From a candidate division WOR-3 bacterium (lineage in GTDB: Bacteria > Hydrothermota > Hydrothermia > LBFQ01): a stretch of DNA of 64,000 bases. Positions within the stretch are counted from its first letter, which is position 1, and the number at the start of each line of letters is the position of its first letter. The stretch spans positions 86,444 to 150,443 of the forward strand of contig JBDRWW010000003.1 of the NCBI GenBank assembly GCA_039802605.1, in the 5' to 3' direction. A program made the translations under genes and the position numbers. This document shows, one piece after another, positions 1 through 10,113 of this stretch. The notes under the pieces are model-generated. The model worked only from the letters and a program-made list of their open reading frames with translations. It was not told where the DNA came from and ran no database searches.

Positions 1-1216
1 TCAAACTCCTCATAAGTAATGTCCTGGAAAAGTAATCCCCGGGAAAGAGCATAAATTCCCTACGCATGACATAGTCGTATGTTCTATTGTTTTGCGAAAA
101 ATCTATGAACCTGACCCTAACCCTCCAATTTTCCGTAATGTTAAAGTTATAACTCATCTTATCGCCTTCTTTTTTCTCTTCGAATCTTAGGTTTGCGTAT
201 ATATATCCCGAATCCGCGTACAACCCCAAAACCTCCCCCCTTGCCATTTCAAACTTTTCCTTTGAATATAACCCCCTTTCTAAGGCCTGGGGGGCCCTAT
301 ACCAAAACCCATACTTCAACCAATCAAATATACTCGGTTTTTTAAAAACTATACTTTTAAACCTCTCTTCTAGGGTTTTGCTATCAAAAACCTCATTCCC
401 CTCAAAGGACACATCTCCAAATTTATACTTTTTGCCCTCTGTTACATAAACAACTATACCCATATAACCGTTTTCTAAGGGATATACGGAAAAGGAATCA
501 ACCTTTGCCTCCGGGTATCCGTGATTGTGATAAAACTCTTCAACCCTTCTTATATCCTCTTCCCATTTATCGTCGTTAAACACATACCAACTCGTCAATC
601 TCAAGTACCACTTGTATTCTTTTGTGTGAAGGATTTTTTTTAATGTCGCGGATGAATACGCATTGTTTCCCTTAAAGTCTATAAAGCCTACCTTGAATTT
701 TTCGCCTTCATATACCTTGAAAATTATAACCGTCTCCCCGTTTTTGTCCGGCTCCTTTATCTCGTAATCAACCCTTGCGTTAAGGTATCCCTTTTTCTTA
801 TAGATGTTTTCAATGGTTTTTTTCATCGCAAAAATGTTTTTCTCTGTGGCGGCTTTGTTCTTAAAAACCTTATTCAAAGTGTCAATTAAAGATTTACTTT
901 TAACATTTTTTGCGCCCTGTATCTCAAACTTTTTTATCCTAGGAGCCTCTTTAAAAACGAAGAGCATATCAATGGTATCCTTACGGAGCATACCGAGGAC
1001 CTTTATATCGTCAAATATGCCCAGATTCCAAACCCTATCAAGGGCCTGCTTGAAATCCATGGCTGTTAATCTTTGTCCCCTTTGTAGCCTCAAAGCGCTC
1101 CTTATAACCTGATGGTTTGTCCATTTAACATCCAAAATCTGTATTTCCCCTATATAAACCTCCTTTGGTATGGGTTTTGCGGTATCGACTTGCAAAACTA
1201 AAATACCTAAGAGCAT
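1..1216 (-). CDS. bamA: Outer membrane protein assembly factor BamA, N-terminal POTRA region (runs off the window edge)
   Basis: Manual translation from ATG 1216: MLLGILVLQVDTAKPIPKEVYIGEIQIL...ALDRVWNLGIFDDIKV...KEAPRIKKFEIQG...YKKKGYLNARV...IYEGEKFKVGFIDFKGNNA...YHNHGYPEAKV...VTEGKKYKFGDVSFEGN. These are repeated POTRA signatures. Confidence 0.9.
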   Translation of the reverse strand, partial: MLLGILVLQVDTAKPIPKEVYIGEIQILDVKWTNHQVIRSALRLQRGQRLTAMDFKQALDRVWNLGIFDDIKVLGMLRKDTIDMLFVFKEAPRIKKFEIQGAKNVKSKSLIDTLNKVFKNKAATEKNIFAMKKTIENIYKKKGYLNARVDYEIKEPDKNGETVIIFKVYEGEKFKVGFIDFKGNNAYSSATLKKILHTKEYKWYLRLTSWYVFNDDKWEEDIRRVEEFYHNHGYPEAKVDSFSVYPLENGYMGIVVYVTEGKKYKFGDVSFEGNEVFDSKTLEERFKSIVFKKPSIFDWLKYGFWYRAPQALERGLYSKEKFEMARGEVLGLYADSGYIYANLRFEEKKEGDKMSYNFNITENWRVRVRFIDFSQNNRTYDYVMRREFMLFPGDYFSRTLLMRSL

Positions 1217-1280
1217 AAGCGGTTATTTTATTGCCGTTTTGTTTTTAGTTAGTACCTTTCCACTTTAAAATATCCGCGCT

Positions 1281-1520
1281 ATGAAAATTACAAAAGAGAC
1301 AACGGTGGAAGAGGTAGTTGTAAGGTATCCGGATGCCGTTGATATATTTTTCAAATACGGGATTCCCGCCATAGCGTGCGGGACACCTATATGGGGCACC
1401 ATAGGGGAAAATGCGGAAAGGTATGGGGTGAAGGATTTAGGTGGTTTGTTAAGGGAGCTGAACGAATTGGTGGAAAAGAAAGGGGAGATGGATATTAAAC
1501 TCAACCCTATAAACGAATAA
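1281..1520 (+). CDS. DUF1858 domain protein (hybrid-cluster-associated redox disulfide-like)
   Basis: KITKETTVEEVVVRYPDAVDIFFKYGIPAIACG...TIGENAERYG pattern. Confidence 0.75.
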   Translation: MKITKETTVEEVVVRYPDAVDIFFKYGIPAIACGTPIWGTIGENAERYGVKDLGGLLRELNELVEKKGEMDIKLNPINE

Positions 1521-1547
1521 AACAAGCTTATAATATCCGCTTCATAA

Positions 1548-1621
1548 GGGCGCGTAGCTCAGGTGGTTAGAGCGCTCGTTTGACATGCGAGAGGTCGGAG
1601 GTTCGACTCCTCCCGCGCCCA
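1548..1621 (+). tRNA. tRNA-Val(GAC), CCA not encoded
   Basis: Acceptor stem GGGCGCG/CGCGCCC, anticodon arm CTCGT-TTGACAT-GCGAG, T-loop TTCGACT; TATAAT at 1529-1534. Confidence 0.95.
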
Positions 1622-1622
1622 T

Positions 1623-2588
1623 TTGAACCTCCCTTTATCCAACGAATACCTTGTTTGGTTCGTTAAAGTTGCGGGTATTCTGTTCGTAATCCTTACGGTA
1701 GCCGCCTATATGGTTTGGGCTGAGAGGAGGGTATCCGCTTGGATGCAGGACAGGATAGGGCCAAACCTCGTGGGACCTTTTGGTTTATTGCAACCCTTGG
1801 CGGATGTCATTAAACTCGCCTTTAAAGAGGACATAACCCCCTTTGTCGCGGACAAGCTCTTGCACTTCATAGCGCCGGGATTAATTATGACGGCCCCCGT
1901 TTTAGCCGTTTCGGTTATACCCTTTGCACCCGGTTTATGGATTGCGAATCCGGATTTCGGCCTCCTCTGGCTTCTCGGTGCCACATCAATCGCGGCCTAC
2001 GGGGTTATACTGGGTGGCATCGCCGGGGGTAGCAAGTATCCCCTTTTGGGGAGTTTGAGGTCAATGTCCCAGATTGTGTCTTATGAACTTCCAATGGGTA
2101 TATCCGCCTTGGGCCCGGCGGTTATGGCCGGTTCGTTATCCTTGGTTGATATAGTTGAAGCGCAAAAAAACCTGTGGTTTATAGTTCCCCAATTTATAGG
2201 TTTTTTGGTCTTTCTCATTACAACATATGCCGAAACCAACAGGCTACCCTTTGACCTGCCGGAAGCCGAAGCGGAATTAACGGGTGGGTATCATACGGAG
2301 TTTTCTTCTTTAAAGTTTGCATGGTTCTTTGCCGGAGAGTACGCCAATATGGTTATAGCATCGTCTTCCGTAAGCATATTGTTCTTGGGGGGATGGTATG
2401 GTCCCTTTGCGCCGGGATTACACTGGACAATACTAAAAATATCCTTCTTTTTGTTCCTATTCCTCTGGGTTAGATGGACCCTACCTAGGTTTAGGTTTGA
2501 CCAGTTGATGTTTTTCAGCTGGAAGGTTTTACTCCCCTTATCTTTGCTTAACTTGGCCATTGCAACCATTTTGAAGGTAATGTGGTAA
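1623..2588 (+). CDS. nuoH: NADH-quinone oxidoreductase subunit H
   Basis: ERRVSAWMQDRIGPN.VGPFGLLQPLADVIKL; ETNRLPFDLPEAEAELTGGYHTEFSS; TLPRFRFDQL. Confidence 0.95.
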   Translation: MNLPLSNEYLVWFVKVAGILFVILTVAAYMVWAERRVSAWMQDRIGPNLVGPFGLLQPLADVIKLAFKEDITPFVADKLLHFIAPGLIMTAPVLAVSVIPFAPGLWIANPDFGLLWLLGATSIAAYGVILGGIAGGSKYPLLGSLRSMSQIVSYELPMGISALGPAVMAGSLSLVDIVEAQKNLWFIVPQFIGFLVFLITTYAETNRLPFDLPEAEAELTGGYHTEFSSLKFAWFFAGEYANMVIASSSVSILFLGGWYGPFAPGLHWTILKISFFLFLFLWVRWTLPRFRFDQLMFFSWKVLLPLSLLNLAIATILKVMW

Positions 2589-2944
2589 AGGGTATAGGGG
2601 TGGATGTTGTTAATCTACGAAGGTTTGAAAGGGTTTTAATCAAGACCCCTAGAATAAAAAACAGATTGTTTACGCAAAGGGAAATAGAGAATTCTTACTC
2701 TTTATGGAATTTGGCCGGAAAGTTTGCCGCGAAAGAAGCGGTTTTAAAGTCCGTGGGTTTGGGTTTGAGTAATGGATTGTGCTGGCACGATGTGGAGATT
2801 ATTGGAAATTTCAATTCCCCACCAAAAGTTATACTAAGCCCTAAGGCGAAAGAAATTATACCCAATGTGGAATTTTTCCTTTCAATATCCCATGAGAGGG
2901 ATTTTGTTGTGGCGGTATGTTTGGCCGTATTATCAAATACCTGA
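2582..2944 (+). CDS. acpS: Holo-[acyl-carrier-protein] synthase
   Basis: [30 protein letters not shown] motifs. Confidence 0.93.
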   Translation: MVKGIGVDVVNLRRFERVLIKTPRIKNRLFTQREIENSYSLWNLAGKFAAKEAVLKSVGLGLSNGLCWHDVEIIGNFNSPPKVILSPKAKEIIPNVEFFLSISHERDFVVAVCLAVLSNT

Positions 2945-3354
2945 AATCCCAAATTGAGCCTTCACCTTCGGAGTTAAAGGGTTTGTTTGTTTTGTTAATA
3001 TTGGGTTTTATCGGCGTTGGGTACGACTATTACCAAAAACTTAAAACCCCAAAGGGTATTACCTTTACAAAGGTTTCCAAGGACTTAAAGATTTTTGAGG
3101 ATACTTCCTTATTCGTAGTTGAAAGGAGGGAATTTTACCGCAGAAAACCTTTAAGGGGCGGTGAGAAGATAAATATAAATACGGCAAGCGTTGAAGAGCT
3201 CATGAGGATTCCGGGAATTGGCCCCAAGATGGCTCAAAGGATTTACGAATATCGCCGAAAGTTTGGGAAGTTCAAAAGTGCAGACGAACTTATAAATATA
3301 AAGGGTATAGGTCCAAAAAAATTACAAAAGATAAAGCCCTATATTACCCTATGA
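2917..3354 (+). CDS. comEA: ComEA-family helix-hairpin-helix DNA-binding protein
   Basis: N-terminal TM helix; [20 protein letters not shown]...IKGIGPKK. Confidence 0.85.
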   Translation: MFGRIIKYLKSQIEPSPSELKGLFVLLILGFIGVGYDYYQKLKTPKGITFTKVSKDLKIFEDTSLFVVERREFYRRKPLRGGEKININTASVEELMRIPGIGPKMAQRIYEYRRKFGKFKSADELINIKGIGPKKLQKIKPYITL

Positions 3355-5341
3355 GGTTTTCGGATATAGCCTCCGATATGTCCCTCACCTTTTCCGGTTC
3401 CAAACCCTTTGATTTTACACCGTCGGTAATCATTGTCATACAGAAAGGACAACCCACAACGATTTCATCCGGGTTTTTACCCAGCAATTCCTCCGTCCTC
3501 TCCAAGTTTATCTTTTTTCCAATCTTTTCTTCCAACCACATCCTACCGCCACCGGCACCACAGCAGAACGAATTATTCCTACTCCTATCCGCTTCCAAAA
3601 CATCCCCCAAAGATTTTAATATATCCCTTGGTTCGTCGTATATTCCGTTATGCCTTCCCAAATAACACGGGTCGTGGAATATGTATTTTTTGTCGGTCTT
3701 TTTTACCTTAATCTTCCCGAGTTTTAAGAGCATGCTAAGATATTCCGAATGGTGATAAACCTTTATGCTTTTGTCCAAACCGAAATCCGGGTATTCGTTT
3801 TTTATGGTATGATAACAGTGAGGACAGGATGCAATTATAGCCTTAGGCTTGTATTTGTTGAGAGTTTCAACATTTTGAACCGCAAGCATTTCAAATAAGT
3901 ACTCGTTTCCCGTCCTCCGCGCGGAATCTCCCGTGCATGTTTCCTCTATACCCAGTATGGCCACATCAACGCCTGCGGATTTTAAAAGACTAACGACCGT
4001 CCTGGCGACTTTTGAATATCTCTGGTCGTAAGAGGCGGCACACCCCGCCCAATACAGTACTTCAAAATTGGGATTTTCATAGGCCCTTTTTACATCCAAT
4101 CCCTCGGCCCACTTTTCCCTGTTTTCTGCCGGCATATTCCAAGGATTTCCCTGATTTTCCATCCCCCTATAAGCATTTGAAAACCCCACCTCTTTACCTT
4201 CCATAAGGATTTGCCCCCTCCTTATTTGGAGTATGGTGTATAACTGCTCATTACCCACGGGACAAATCTCCACACAGGCGCCGCATGTGGTACAGGCCCA
4301 AAGGGCATCCTCGTTTATCGCAAAATCCATTAGCGGCCTTAAACCTTCACCGTTTGCAAATTTTTTAAGGTTTTGGTTGATCTCGTACCGAATGTTTATT
4401 ATTAATGCGGATGGCGAAAGGGGTTTTCCGGTAAAGTTTGCCGGGCATACATCCTGACACCTGTTGCACATTATACAGGCATAAGCATCCATTATTTGTG
4501 CCCACGGTAAATCCTCCAAATTTTTGGCCCCAAAAACCTCTTCCTCTCCCCCCTCCTCTTGAAGTTTTTCCATAAGGTTTAAAGGTTCGACATATCCGTA
4601 TGGCTTATCCCTCCTAACCGACCACCTTACCGGGGCAAAGAATATGTGTATATGCTTTGAGTACGGAAAGTATGGGAAAAAGGCGAGTATTGAACCCAAT
4701 GCCAACCACCAGAATAAATGTTCGAGAATGGTTTTAAACCCCTCGGGTATCCCATTCAAGATTAAAAATATGGATGATGCAAAGGGCTGAAATGTATCAA
4801 ATGAGGAAAGCGATAAAGATTGGTGTAAAACCCTTGAAAACACATGGGTAAAAATGAATACGAGCACTATAAGGGAATCCCTTAATATGCCGCTTAGAGC
4901 CTTTTCATGAAGGGGAACATTTTCGGGAAAGAATAGCCTTTTATCCTTTACAACATATCTGCGGATACCGAAATATATTACGCCAATTAATGCCAAAAGG
5001 CTTAAAATATCCGATACAAGGTTAAAAGCGCTCTGCAAAGGTGTGTTTCCAAAGAGATTAAAACCGTATATATAACCCCTTATCACATCCTGCAAGTTTA
5101 CAAGGGCATATACCAAGAAAGCCCAAAGGATGAATGCGTGGAAAATGGAGGTTATAAACCTCGCTTTAAATATGGGTTTTTGAAGTATTAGGGCCTGAAT
5201 CCCCAACCACAAATTTACCCTTCTTTTCTCGCTTTTCCCCCTCTTTATCGCATTAATTGCGGCTGAAAAGTTTTTATAAGTTAAGTATCCGGAAAGCAAA
5301 AGTAGAACGATAAATAAAACCTTTTCGTATATGGTTAGCAT
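3344..5341 (-). CDS. Membrane-bound Fe-S oxidoreductase (FadF / HdrD-like, CCG domains)
   Basis: TM N-terminus, [12 protein letters not shown] and [12 protein letters not shown] ferredoxin motifs, [21 protein letters not shown]. Confidence 0.9.
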   Translation of the reverse strand: MLTIYEKVLFIVLLLLSGYLTYKNFSAAINAIKRGKSEKRRVNLWLGIQALILQKPIFKARFITSIFHAFILWAFLVYALVNLQDVIRGYIYGFNLFGNTPLQSAFNLVSDILSLLALIGVIYFGIRRYVVKDKRLFFPENVPLHEKALSGILRDSLIVLVFIFTHVFSRVLHQSLSLSSFDTFQPFASSIFLILNGIPEGFKTILEHLFWWLALGSILAFFPYFPYSKHIHIFFAPVRWSVRRDKPYGYVEPLNLMEKLQEEGGEEEVFGAKNLEDLPWAQIMDAYACIMCNRCQDVCPANFTGKPLSPSALIINIRYEINQNLKKFANGEGLRPLMDFAINEDALWACTTCGACVEICPVGNEQLYTILQIRRGQILMEGKEVGFSNAYRGMENQGNPWNMPAENREKWAEGLDVKRAYENPNFEVLYWAGCAASYDQRYSKVARTVVSLLKSAGVDVAILGIEETCTGDSARRTGNEYLFEMLAVQNVETLNKYKPKAIIASCPHCYHTIKNEYPDFGLDKSIKVYHHSEYLSMLLKLGKIKVKKTDKKYIFHDPCYLGRHNGIYDEPRDILKSLGDVLEADRSRNNSFCCGAGGGRMWLEEKIGKKINLERTEELLGKNPDEIVVGCPFCMTMITDGVKSKGLEPEKVRDISEAISENLIG

Positions 5342-5405
5342 AAGTGGGAATTTTACCCTCGGGAAATTTGTTTGGGTTTAAAACACCTTTAAAATTTCCA
5401 AACTC

Positions 5406-5792
5406 ATGTTATTAGCGTTTATACTATCGCAAAACCAAGATACCTTAGAGGATACATTAAAGCGTAAGGATATCTTTATAAAATCACCCGTTAAAGCCGC
5501 TTTGAGGTCGGCGGTTATTCCGGGATGGGGGCAGTTTTACAACGGTAGAGCATTTAAAGGCCTAATACTTGGAGGGTTTTCCTTTGTATCCCTCGGTTGG
5601 ACATTGAAAACTTTTAACGATTACAGGATGAAGGGGGATAATCAAAGCGTATCCAAATTTTTGGGGGCTTTGATAGTTAATATAGCGGTTTGGGGTTATA
5701 CTATTGCCGACGCGTTCGTTGATGCGTATTTATACGGATTTGAGGCCGAGAGGGATACGGTTTTAAAGGATATAGAGGTTAAAAAGCATTAG
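5406..5792 (+). CDS. DUF5683-like membrane protein
   Basis: KSPVKAALRSAVIPGWGQFYN...DAFVDAYL. Confidence 0.75.
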   Translation: MLLAFILSQNQDTLEDTLKRKDIFIKSPVKAALRSAVIPGWGQFYNGRAFKGLILGGFSFVSLGWTLKTFNDYRMKGDNQSVSKFLGALIVNIAVWGYTIADAFVDAYLYGFEAERDTVLKDIEVKKH

Positions 5793-6422
5793 TCAAATCC
5801 TTTCAAAAATGCCTTCAACATTGCCAAAGGGTGTTTCCCTTAAAAATACTTTTCTTATACTCAATTCATCAAACAACTTTTCAACATCTTCCAATGTATA
5901 AAGGCAAACCGGAACATCTATTTTAAACTTTTCCATAACACCTTTGGAAGGAAGGCAAAACCTTTCTTCAACGGGCAAATCCTTATGGGCATATCCCTTA
6001 CCCAAAGGGGAATTCAAACCGGAAAAAGAAATAAACAATCTCCCCCCTTTTTCCATCCTATTTAAAACGATTTTCAAAACCCTTTTTGTGTCCGAAAATC
6101 TTAAAAAGTGCAAAACCCTTTCCGCTACAAAAATCCCTATAATCTCTGGAAGTTCTGAGGGTTTTATTTCTCCAATGTCCTTTAATTTAAGGCCAACCCT
6201 TAAATCCAAATCCTTTAATCGTTCAATAAAAAAGGGTTTAATTCTATCGTAAATAAACACCCTGTATCCCAAAAGTGCCAATATGAGCGATAACCTTCCG
6301 GAGCCAGCCCCAAATTCAACAACACATTTTGTTCCCTTCCAATCCAGAGCAAACTTTATAACCTCCTTATCCAACAAGCTCAACCTTTTTGAAACCACAT
6401 CTATACCGTACATTCCCCACAA
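5793..6422 (-). CDS. Class I SAM-dependent methyltransferase
   Basis: VVEFGAGSGR motif I; VLHFL; GGRLFI. Confidence 0.75.
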   Translation of the reverse strand: MWGMYGIDVVSKRLSLLDKEVIKFALDWKGTKCVVEFGAGSGRLSLILALLGYRVFIYDRIKPFFIERLKDLDLRVGLKLKDIGEIKPSELPEIIGIFVAERVLHFLRFSDTKRVLKIVLNRMEKGGRLFISFSGLNSPLGKGYAHKDLPVEERFCLPSKGVMEKFKIDVPVCLYTLEDVEKLFDELSIRKVFLRETPFGNVEGIFERI

Positions 6423-6468
6423 ATTTTAAAGGCGAAGGGATTAATCCTCCAACAAGCAGTGGAAATAA

Positions 6469-7110
6469 TTAATCCCAACACTTTTCGGCGTAAAAGAGTC
6501 TCGTAGGGCCAAAGGCGAACCTTTTAACCCTTACCCTTTTAAATCCCACGGATATAAGCATATCTCTTAAAGTGTTGTCATCCGGAAAATCAATGATGCT
6601 TTTGAAAAGATAAAGGTAATCCTTAACCGAACCCCCGAATATGGGGGATAAGAAAATCATTAATGTTAAGTATGCCAAATTGGGCAAATCCCAAAAGTTT
6701 AAATCCGCCTTCATTTCAAGTATTAAAAGTCTCCCGGGGCATTTTAAAACCCTATAAAACTCCCTTAAAGCCTTTTCTTTATTGGGAATATTCCTCAAAC
6801 CGAAGGCAATGGTTATGGTATCAAAAGAATCACTCTTAAATGGTAATTCTTCCCCATCCCCCAAAACCAAAACCGCCCTTCTTTTCCCTTTTTTTAACAT
6901 ACTTAAAGAAATATCAAGGCCTACCGAGAAATCCCTTTTGTATATTCCCGGTATTATCCCGGGACCTGTGGCCACATCTAAGAGCTTCCCCCTTGAAAGT
7001 TTTATAACATCCCTCCTCCACAATAGATTTTGACCAAAAGAAAAAACAACATTTCTAAATTCGTAAAGCCTCATCTCGGAAAACATTTTATTTATTTCCC
7101 TTTTAACCAT
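6469..7110 (-). CDS. UbiE/MenG-family C-methyltransferase
   Basis: SFGQNLLWRR, LLDVATGPG, LPFKSDSFDTITIAFGLRN. Confidence 0.85.
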   Translation of the reverse strand: MVKREINKMFSEMRLYEFRNVVFSFGQNLLWRRDVIKLSRGKLLDVATGPGIIPGIYKRDFSVGLDISLSMLKKGKRRAVLVLGDGEELPFKSDSFDTITIAFGLRNIPNKEKALREFYRVLKCPGRLLILEMKADLNFWDLPNLAYLTLMIFLSPIFGGSVKDYLYLFKSIIDFPDDNTLRDMLISVGFKRVRVKRFAFGPTRLFYAEKCWD

Positions 7111-7202
7111 AATCTCTTACAGAATAAAAAACCACACCTTTCACACTTGTAATTCTAAGGTCGGAGACTTATCGGCCTATACTACCGTATAATACTAGCA
7201 TC

Positions 7203-7913
7203 ATGAATGAGGAAGTTCGTAAAATATTGGAAATGCTGGAAAGCGGAAAAATAACCGCGGAGCAAGCCGAAAGGCTGATAAGCGCCATATACGAAGGGGA
7301 AAAACGGGATAAAGGTGAAAGAAAAAAGGGATTTGAGGGTGCCGTAGAAGATGTTGTGGGGAAGCTCGTATTGGATGTAATATCCGCAACTTTCAAGGCC
7401 GTTGGTAAAGGGTTAAAACTTGCACCCTTTGTTCCCTCCGAGATTTCCGAAGCGTTTTCGGAAGCAGGAAGGGGTATAGGCGAGGCTTTTAAAGACTTGG
7501 ACGAAGATTTGTACATTGTAGAAGTCATTTCGGATAATGTTGTGGTTTCCACATCACCCGATTCCCACTTGAAACCCGGAAAATACCGTAAAAATAATTT
7601 AATTATCCCAGAAAACTCAAAGTTGGCATTAAAGGTTGTAGATGGGGATGCCAAATTGAACGGTAAGTTTGATAGGGTTATATGCGTAGTTATAGACGGG
7701 AACTTGGAGTTTGAAGGGTGGTTTAACCTGTTGGACTTACATATTATTGACGGGGATGCAAGGATTAAAACCGATATAAGGGATTTAAAAGAGGGCGTTA
7801 AGGTGCTTCAAGGCGCAAAGGATATACCCGAACTCCCAGGCGGAGGCAGGGAAATAAAAGGAACTATAATTGACGGGAATTTGAAGGTTATTTCTTTGGA
7901 TTCATCCAGATAA
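7203..7913 (+). CDS. SHOCT-like domain protein (YvlB/LiaX-like N-terminus)
   Basis: MNEEVRKILEMLESGKITAEQAERLI; repeated IDG turns at the C-terminus. Confidence 0.6.
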   Translation: MNEEVRKILEMLESGKITAEQAERLISAIYEGEKRDKGERKKGFEGAVEDVVGKLVLDVISATFKAVGKGLKLAPFVPSEISEAFSEAGRGIGEAFKDLDEDLYIVEVISDNVVVSTSPDSHLKPGKYRKNNLIIPENSKLALKVVDGDAKLNGKFDRVICVVIDGNLEFEGWFNLLDLHIIDGDARIKTDIRDLKEGVKVLQGAKDIPELPGGGREIKGTIIDGNLKVISLDSSR

Positions 7914-8826
7914 ACAGAACTCCCGGAAGGGATGCCAATATGTTTGCAAAGTAATACAAAATGGAAATTGAAACCGCACCTTCATAACCCGTATAATAAC
8001 CCAAAAGATAAACAAATCCCCCCTCCCTTATGCCAACCCCACCTATACTAAGCGGTATCATGGTTATGAGATTCACCAGCGATGTATAAACCACGGTTTT
8101 TAATAGCAGCATGTCAAGGGAAAAATTAATAACCCCCAAGGAAACCCCCAAAAAATAAGCCCCCATGCCCAAAAACCCCTGCATGGCAAAGGATATTAAA
8201 AATCCAAGGATTACGAGAAGGGGATTTTCCCTGTAATGGTCAAAGGCTAACAGAAAGTTTGAAATCCTTTCACCAAGACGAAATACTTTAACACTTCCAA
8301 GGATGTTTATTACCAATTTCCTTAACCTTCTGCTGAGTATAACGATAGAGGAAATGAAAGAGGCGATGAAGCCCAAAACTATAAACCACCCTATGGGCTT
8401 CATGGTTTTACTTCCCAAAATCAAGGACATCAATGCTAGTGTTAGTAATGCCAAAAAACCCACCATCCTATCTATGAAAACGGCGGCAAAGCTCTGGGAT
8501 TTTGAACCCGATTTAATACCCACATATAAACCCCTTATTATATCAACTCCCGCCCCCGCTGGCAGAAACATCCCATAAAACAGCGCTCCAAGTGTTACAA
8601 AAATTGCCCCCAAAGGGGTTATAACCTTCGGTTGTAAAAAGATATACCACCTATAACCCGATAATGCCAACCCCAAAAATACGAAAAAAACCCCAAGTAT
8701 TGCGGTGTATATGTTTAAGGATAGTATTAACCCGACAACTTTTGATATATCCGTTTTGGAAAAGACCCAAATGAGGGCCAATACGGTTATCAGGAGCCTT
8801 AAAAATATATTAAGGAGATTACGCAA
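7888..8826 (-). CDS. UPF0104 / lysylphosphatidylglycerol synthase TM-domain protein (putative flippase)
   Basis: RW, FLPAGAGVDIIR, IDRMVG, IPLSIGGVGIREG motifs. Confidence 0.85.
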   Translation of the reverse strand: MRNLLNIFLRLLITVLALIWVFSKTDISKVVGLILSLNIYTAILGVFFVFLGLALSGYRWYIFLQPKVITPLGAIFVTLGALFYGMFLPAGAGVDIIRGLYVGIKSGSKSQSFAAVFIDRMVGFLALLTLALMSLILGSKTMKPIGWFIVLGFIASFISSIVILSRRLRKLVINILGSVKVFRLGERISNFLLAFDHYRENPLLVILGFLISFAMQGFLGMGAYFLGVSLGVINFSLDMLLLKTVVYTSLVNLITMIPLSIGGVGIREGGFVYLLGYYTGYEGAVSISILYYFANILASLPGVLFIWMNPKK

Positions 8827-9643
8827 TTTCGCAAAACCTTTTTATAAAATCCTCAAACTTTAACAGTGCTTGGAGTACATCCCCGCTTACCAAAAACCTG
8901 TTATCCTTTGGCAGCGACCTTTTTAAAGAAACCTCGCCATCACCCGCAAGTAAAAACACCCAGAAACCTCCGGGATATGTGGGCGTAAACGACGCGTAAA
9001 GTTTAACATTCTTAAAGTTTTGCCGTACAATGTTGTATGTTTGCGTTATTTGGTCCTTATAGAACAGGGGATTTCCCAACTGCATACTCAAAAATCCCCA
9101 TTCATTTAAAGATTCCCTTAATCCCTCAATAAATTCCCTGCTAAAAAGAACCTCGGCGGGGCCAACCGGATCCGTTGAATCCACCAGTATAACATCGTAT
9201 TTGTTCCCCTCTTTGACAACCTTAAACCCATCCTCAACCCTTATGAATACCCTTTCGTCCGCAAAAGTTCCTTCCATATTAAGAAAATCCTTTGCCAATC
9301 TCAAAACCTCCACATCGATTTCCGCAATTATAACCTTCTTTACACCGTATTTTAAAACCTCCCTTAAAGTGCCACCATCCCCACCCCCGACGATCAAAAC
9401 CTCGTTTATATCCCCTGATATTACCATAGGGGGATGAGTTAAAGCCTCGTGATAAAAGAACTCATCCCTATCCGTACTCATAACCAAGCCATCCAATACG
9501 AAAACCTTGCCCCAAAACTCGTTTTCAAACAAAAGGATATCCTGGTAATCGCTTTTTGTATGCCTCAAAACCCTATCTATGGAAAAAAATATTCCGGAAG
9601 TGGCCGTATGATACTCCTTAAATTCTAGCTTTGGCTTTCCCAT
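8819..9643 (-). CDS. speE: Polyamine aminopropyltransferase (canonical spermidine-synthase type)
   Basis: KSDYQDI, LDG, YHEAL, GGGDGGTLRE, DVILVDSTDPVGPA, PTYPGG; start taken at ATG 9643. Confidence 0.9.
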   Translation of the reverse strand: MGKPKLEFKEYHTATSGIFFSIDRVLRHTKSDYQDILLFENEFWGKVFVLDGLVMSTDRDEFFYHEALTHPPMVISGDINEVLIVGGGDGGTLREVLKYGVKKVIIAEIDVEVLRLAKDFLNMEGTFADERVFIRVEDGFKVVKEGNKYDVILVDSTDPVGPAEVLFSREFIEGLRESLNEWGFLSMQLGNPLFYKDQITQTYNIVRQNFKNVKLYASFTPTYPGGFWVFLLAGDGEVSLKRSLPKDNRFLVSGDVLQALLKFEDFIKRFCEIA

Positions 9644-10113
9644 ATAGCCACCCCCGAAAAAACGCATGTCCAGTTTTCCCCAACTTCGGCGTCTATTCCG
9701 GATGAAATTATCTCTTTAACCTTTATCCCCCTATCCTCCATGGCCTTTAAACACAGGTCTTCCACCTTTCTTAATAGTATCTCCTTCCTTTGAAAACCCT
9801 TTATTTCCATTATAACACCTATGCTTTCCTCGTCCTCGGGTATGGCTACGGCAACGGCCGTGCCGATGATTTTACCCCTTTCGTTTGAAGATAGCTCCGC
9901 AAATGCTATTGGTAATAAAGAACCTTTTGGTAAAAGAACGCTTTCGGTTTGCCTTGAACCCGCTGGGAGGATGCTTGAAACCTTTAAAAGGTTGTAATCC
10001 GAAAAACCCGCATCCCTCAAAGCCCTATCAAACGCCAAAATATACTCCTCGGCCTTACCCACACCACTACCAACCGTAAAAAACCTATGATTTCCATATT
10101 TCGGGTTGTTCAT
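9625..10113 (-). CDS. pdaD: Pyruvoyl-dependent arginine decarboxylase
   Basis: AFDRALRDAG..DYNLLKV-SS-ILP self-cleavage motif. Confidence 0.88.
   Translation of the reverse strand: MNNPKYGNHRFFTVGSGVGKAEEYILAFDRALRDAGFSDYNLLKVSSILPAGSRQTESVLLPKGSLLPIAFAELSSNERGKIIGTAVAVAIPEDEESIGVIMEIKGFQRKEILLRKVEDLCLKAMEDRGIKVKEIISSGIDAEVGENWTCVFSGVAIWESQS

Noticed and set aside
6423..6468. Possible terminator or regulatory element between the two methyltransferase genes
   Set aside because: Only a short imperfect palindrome with no U-tract, so it cannot be supported.
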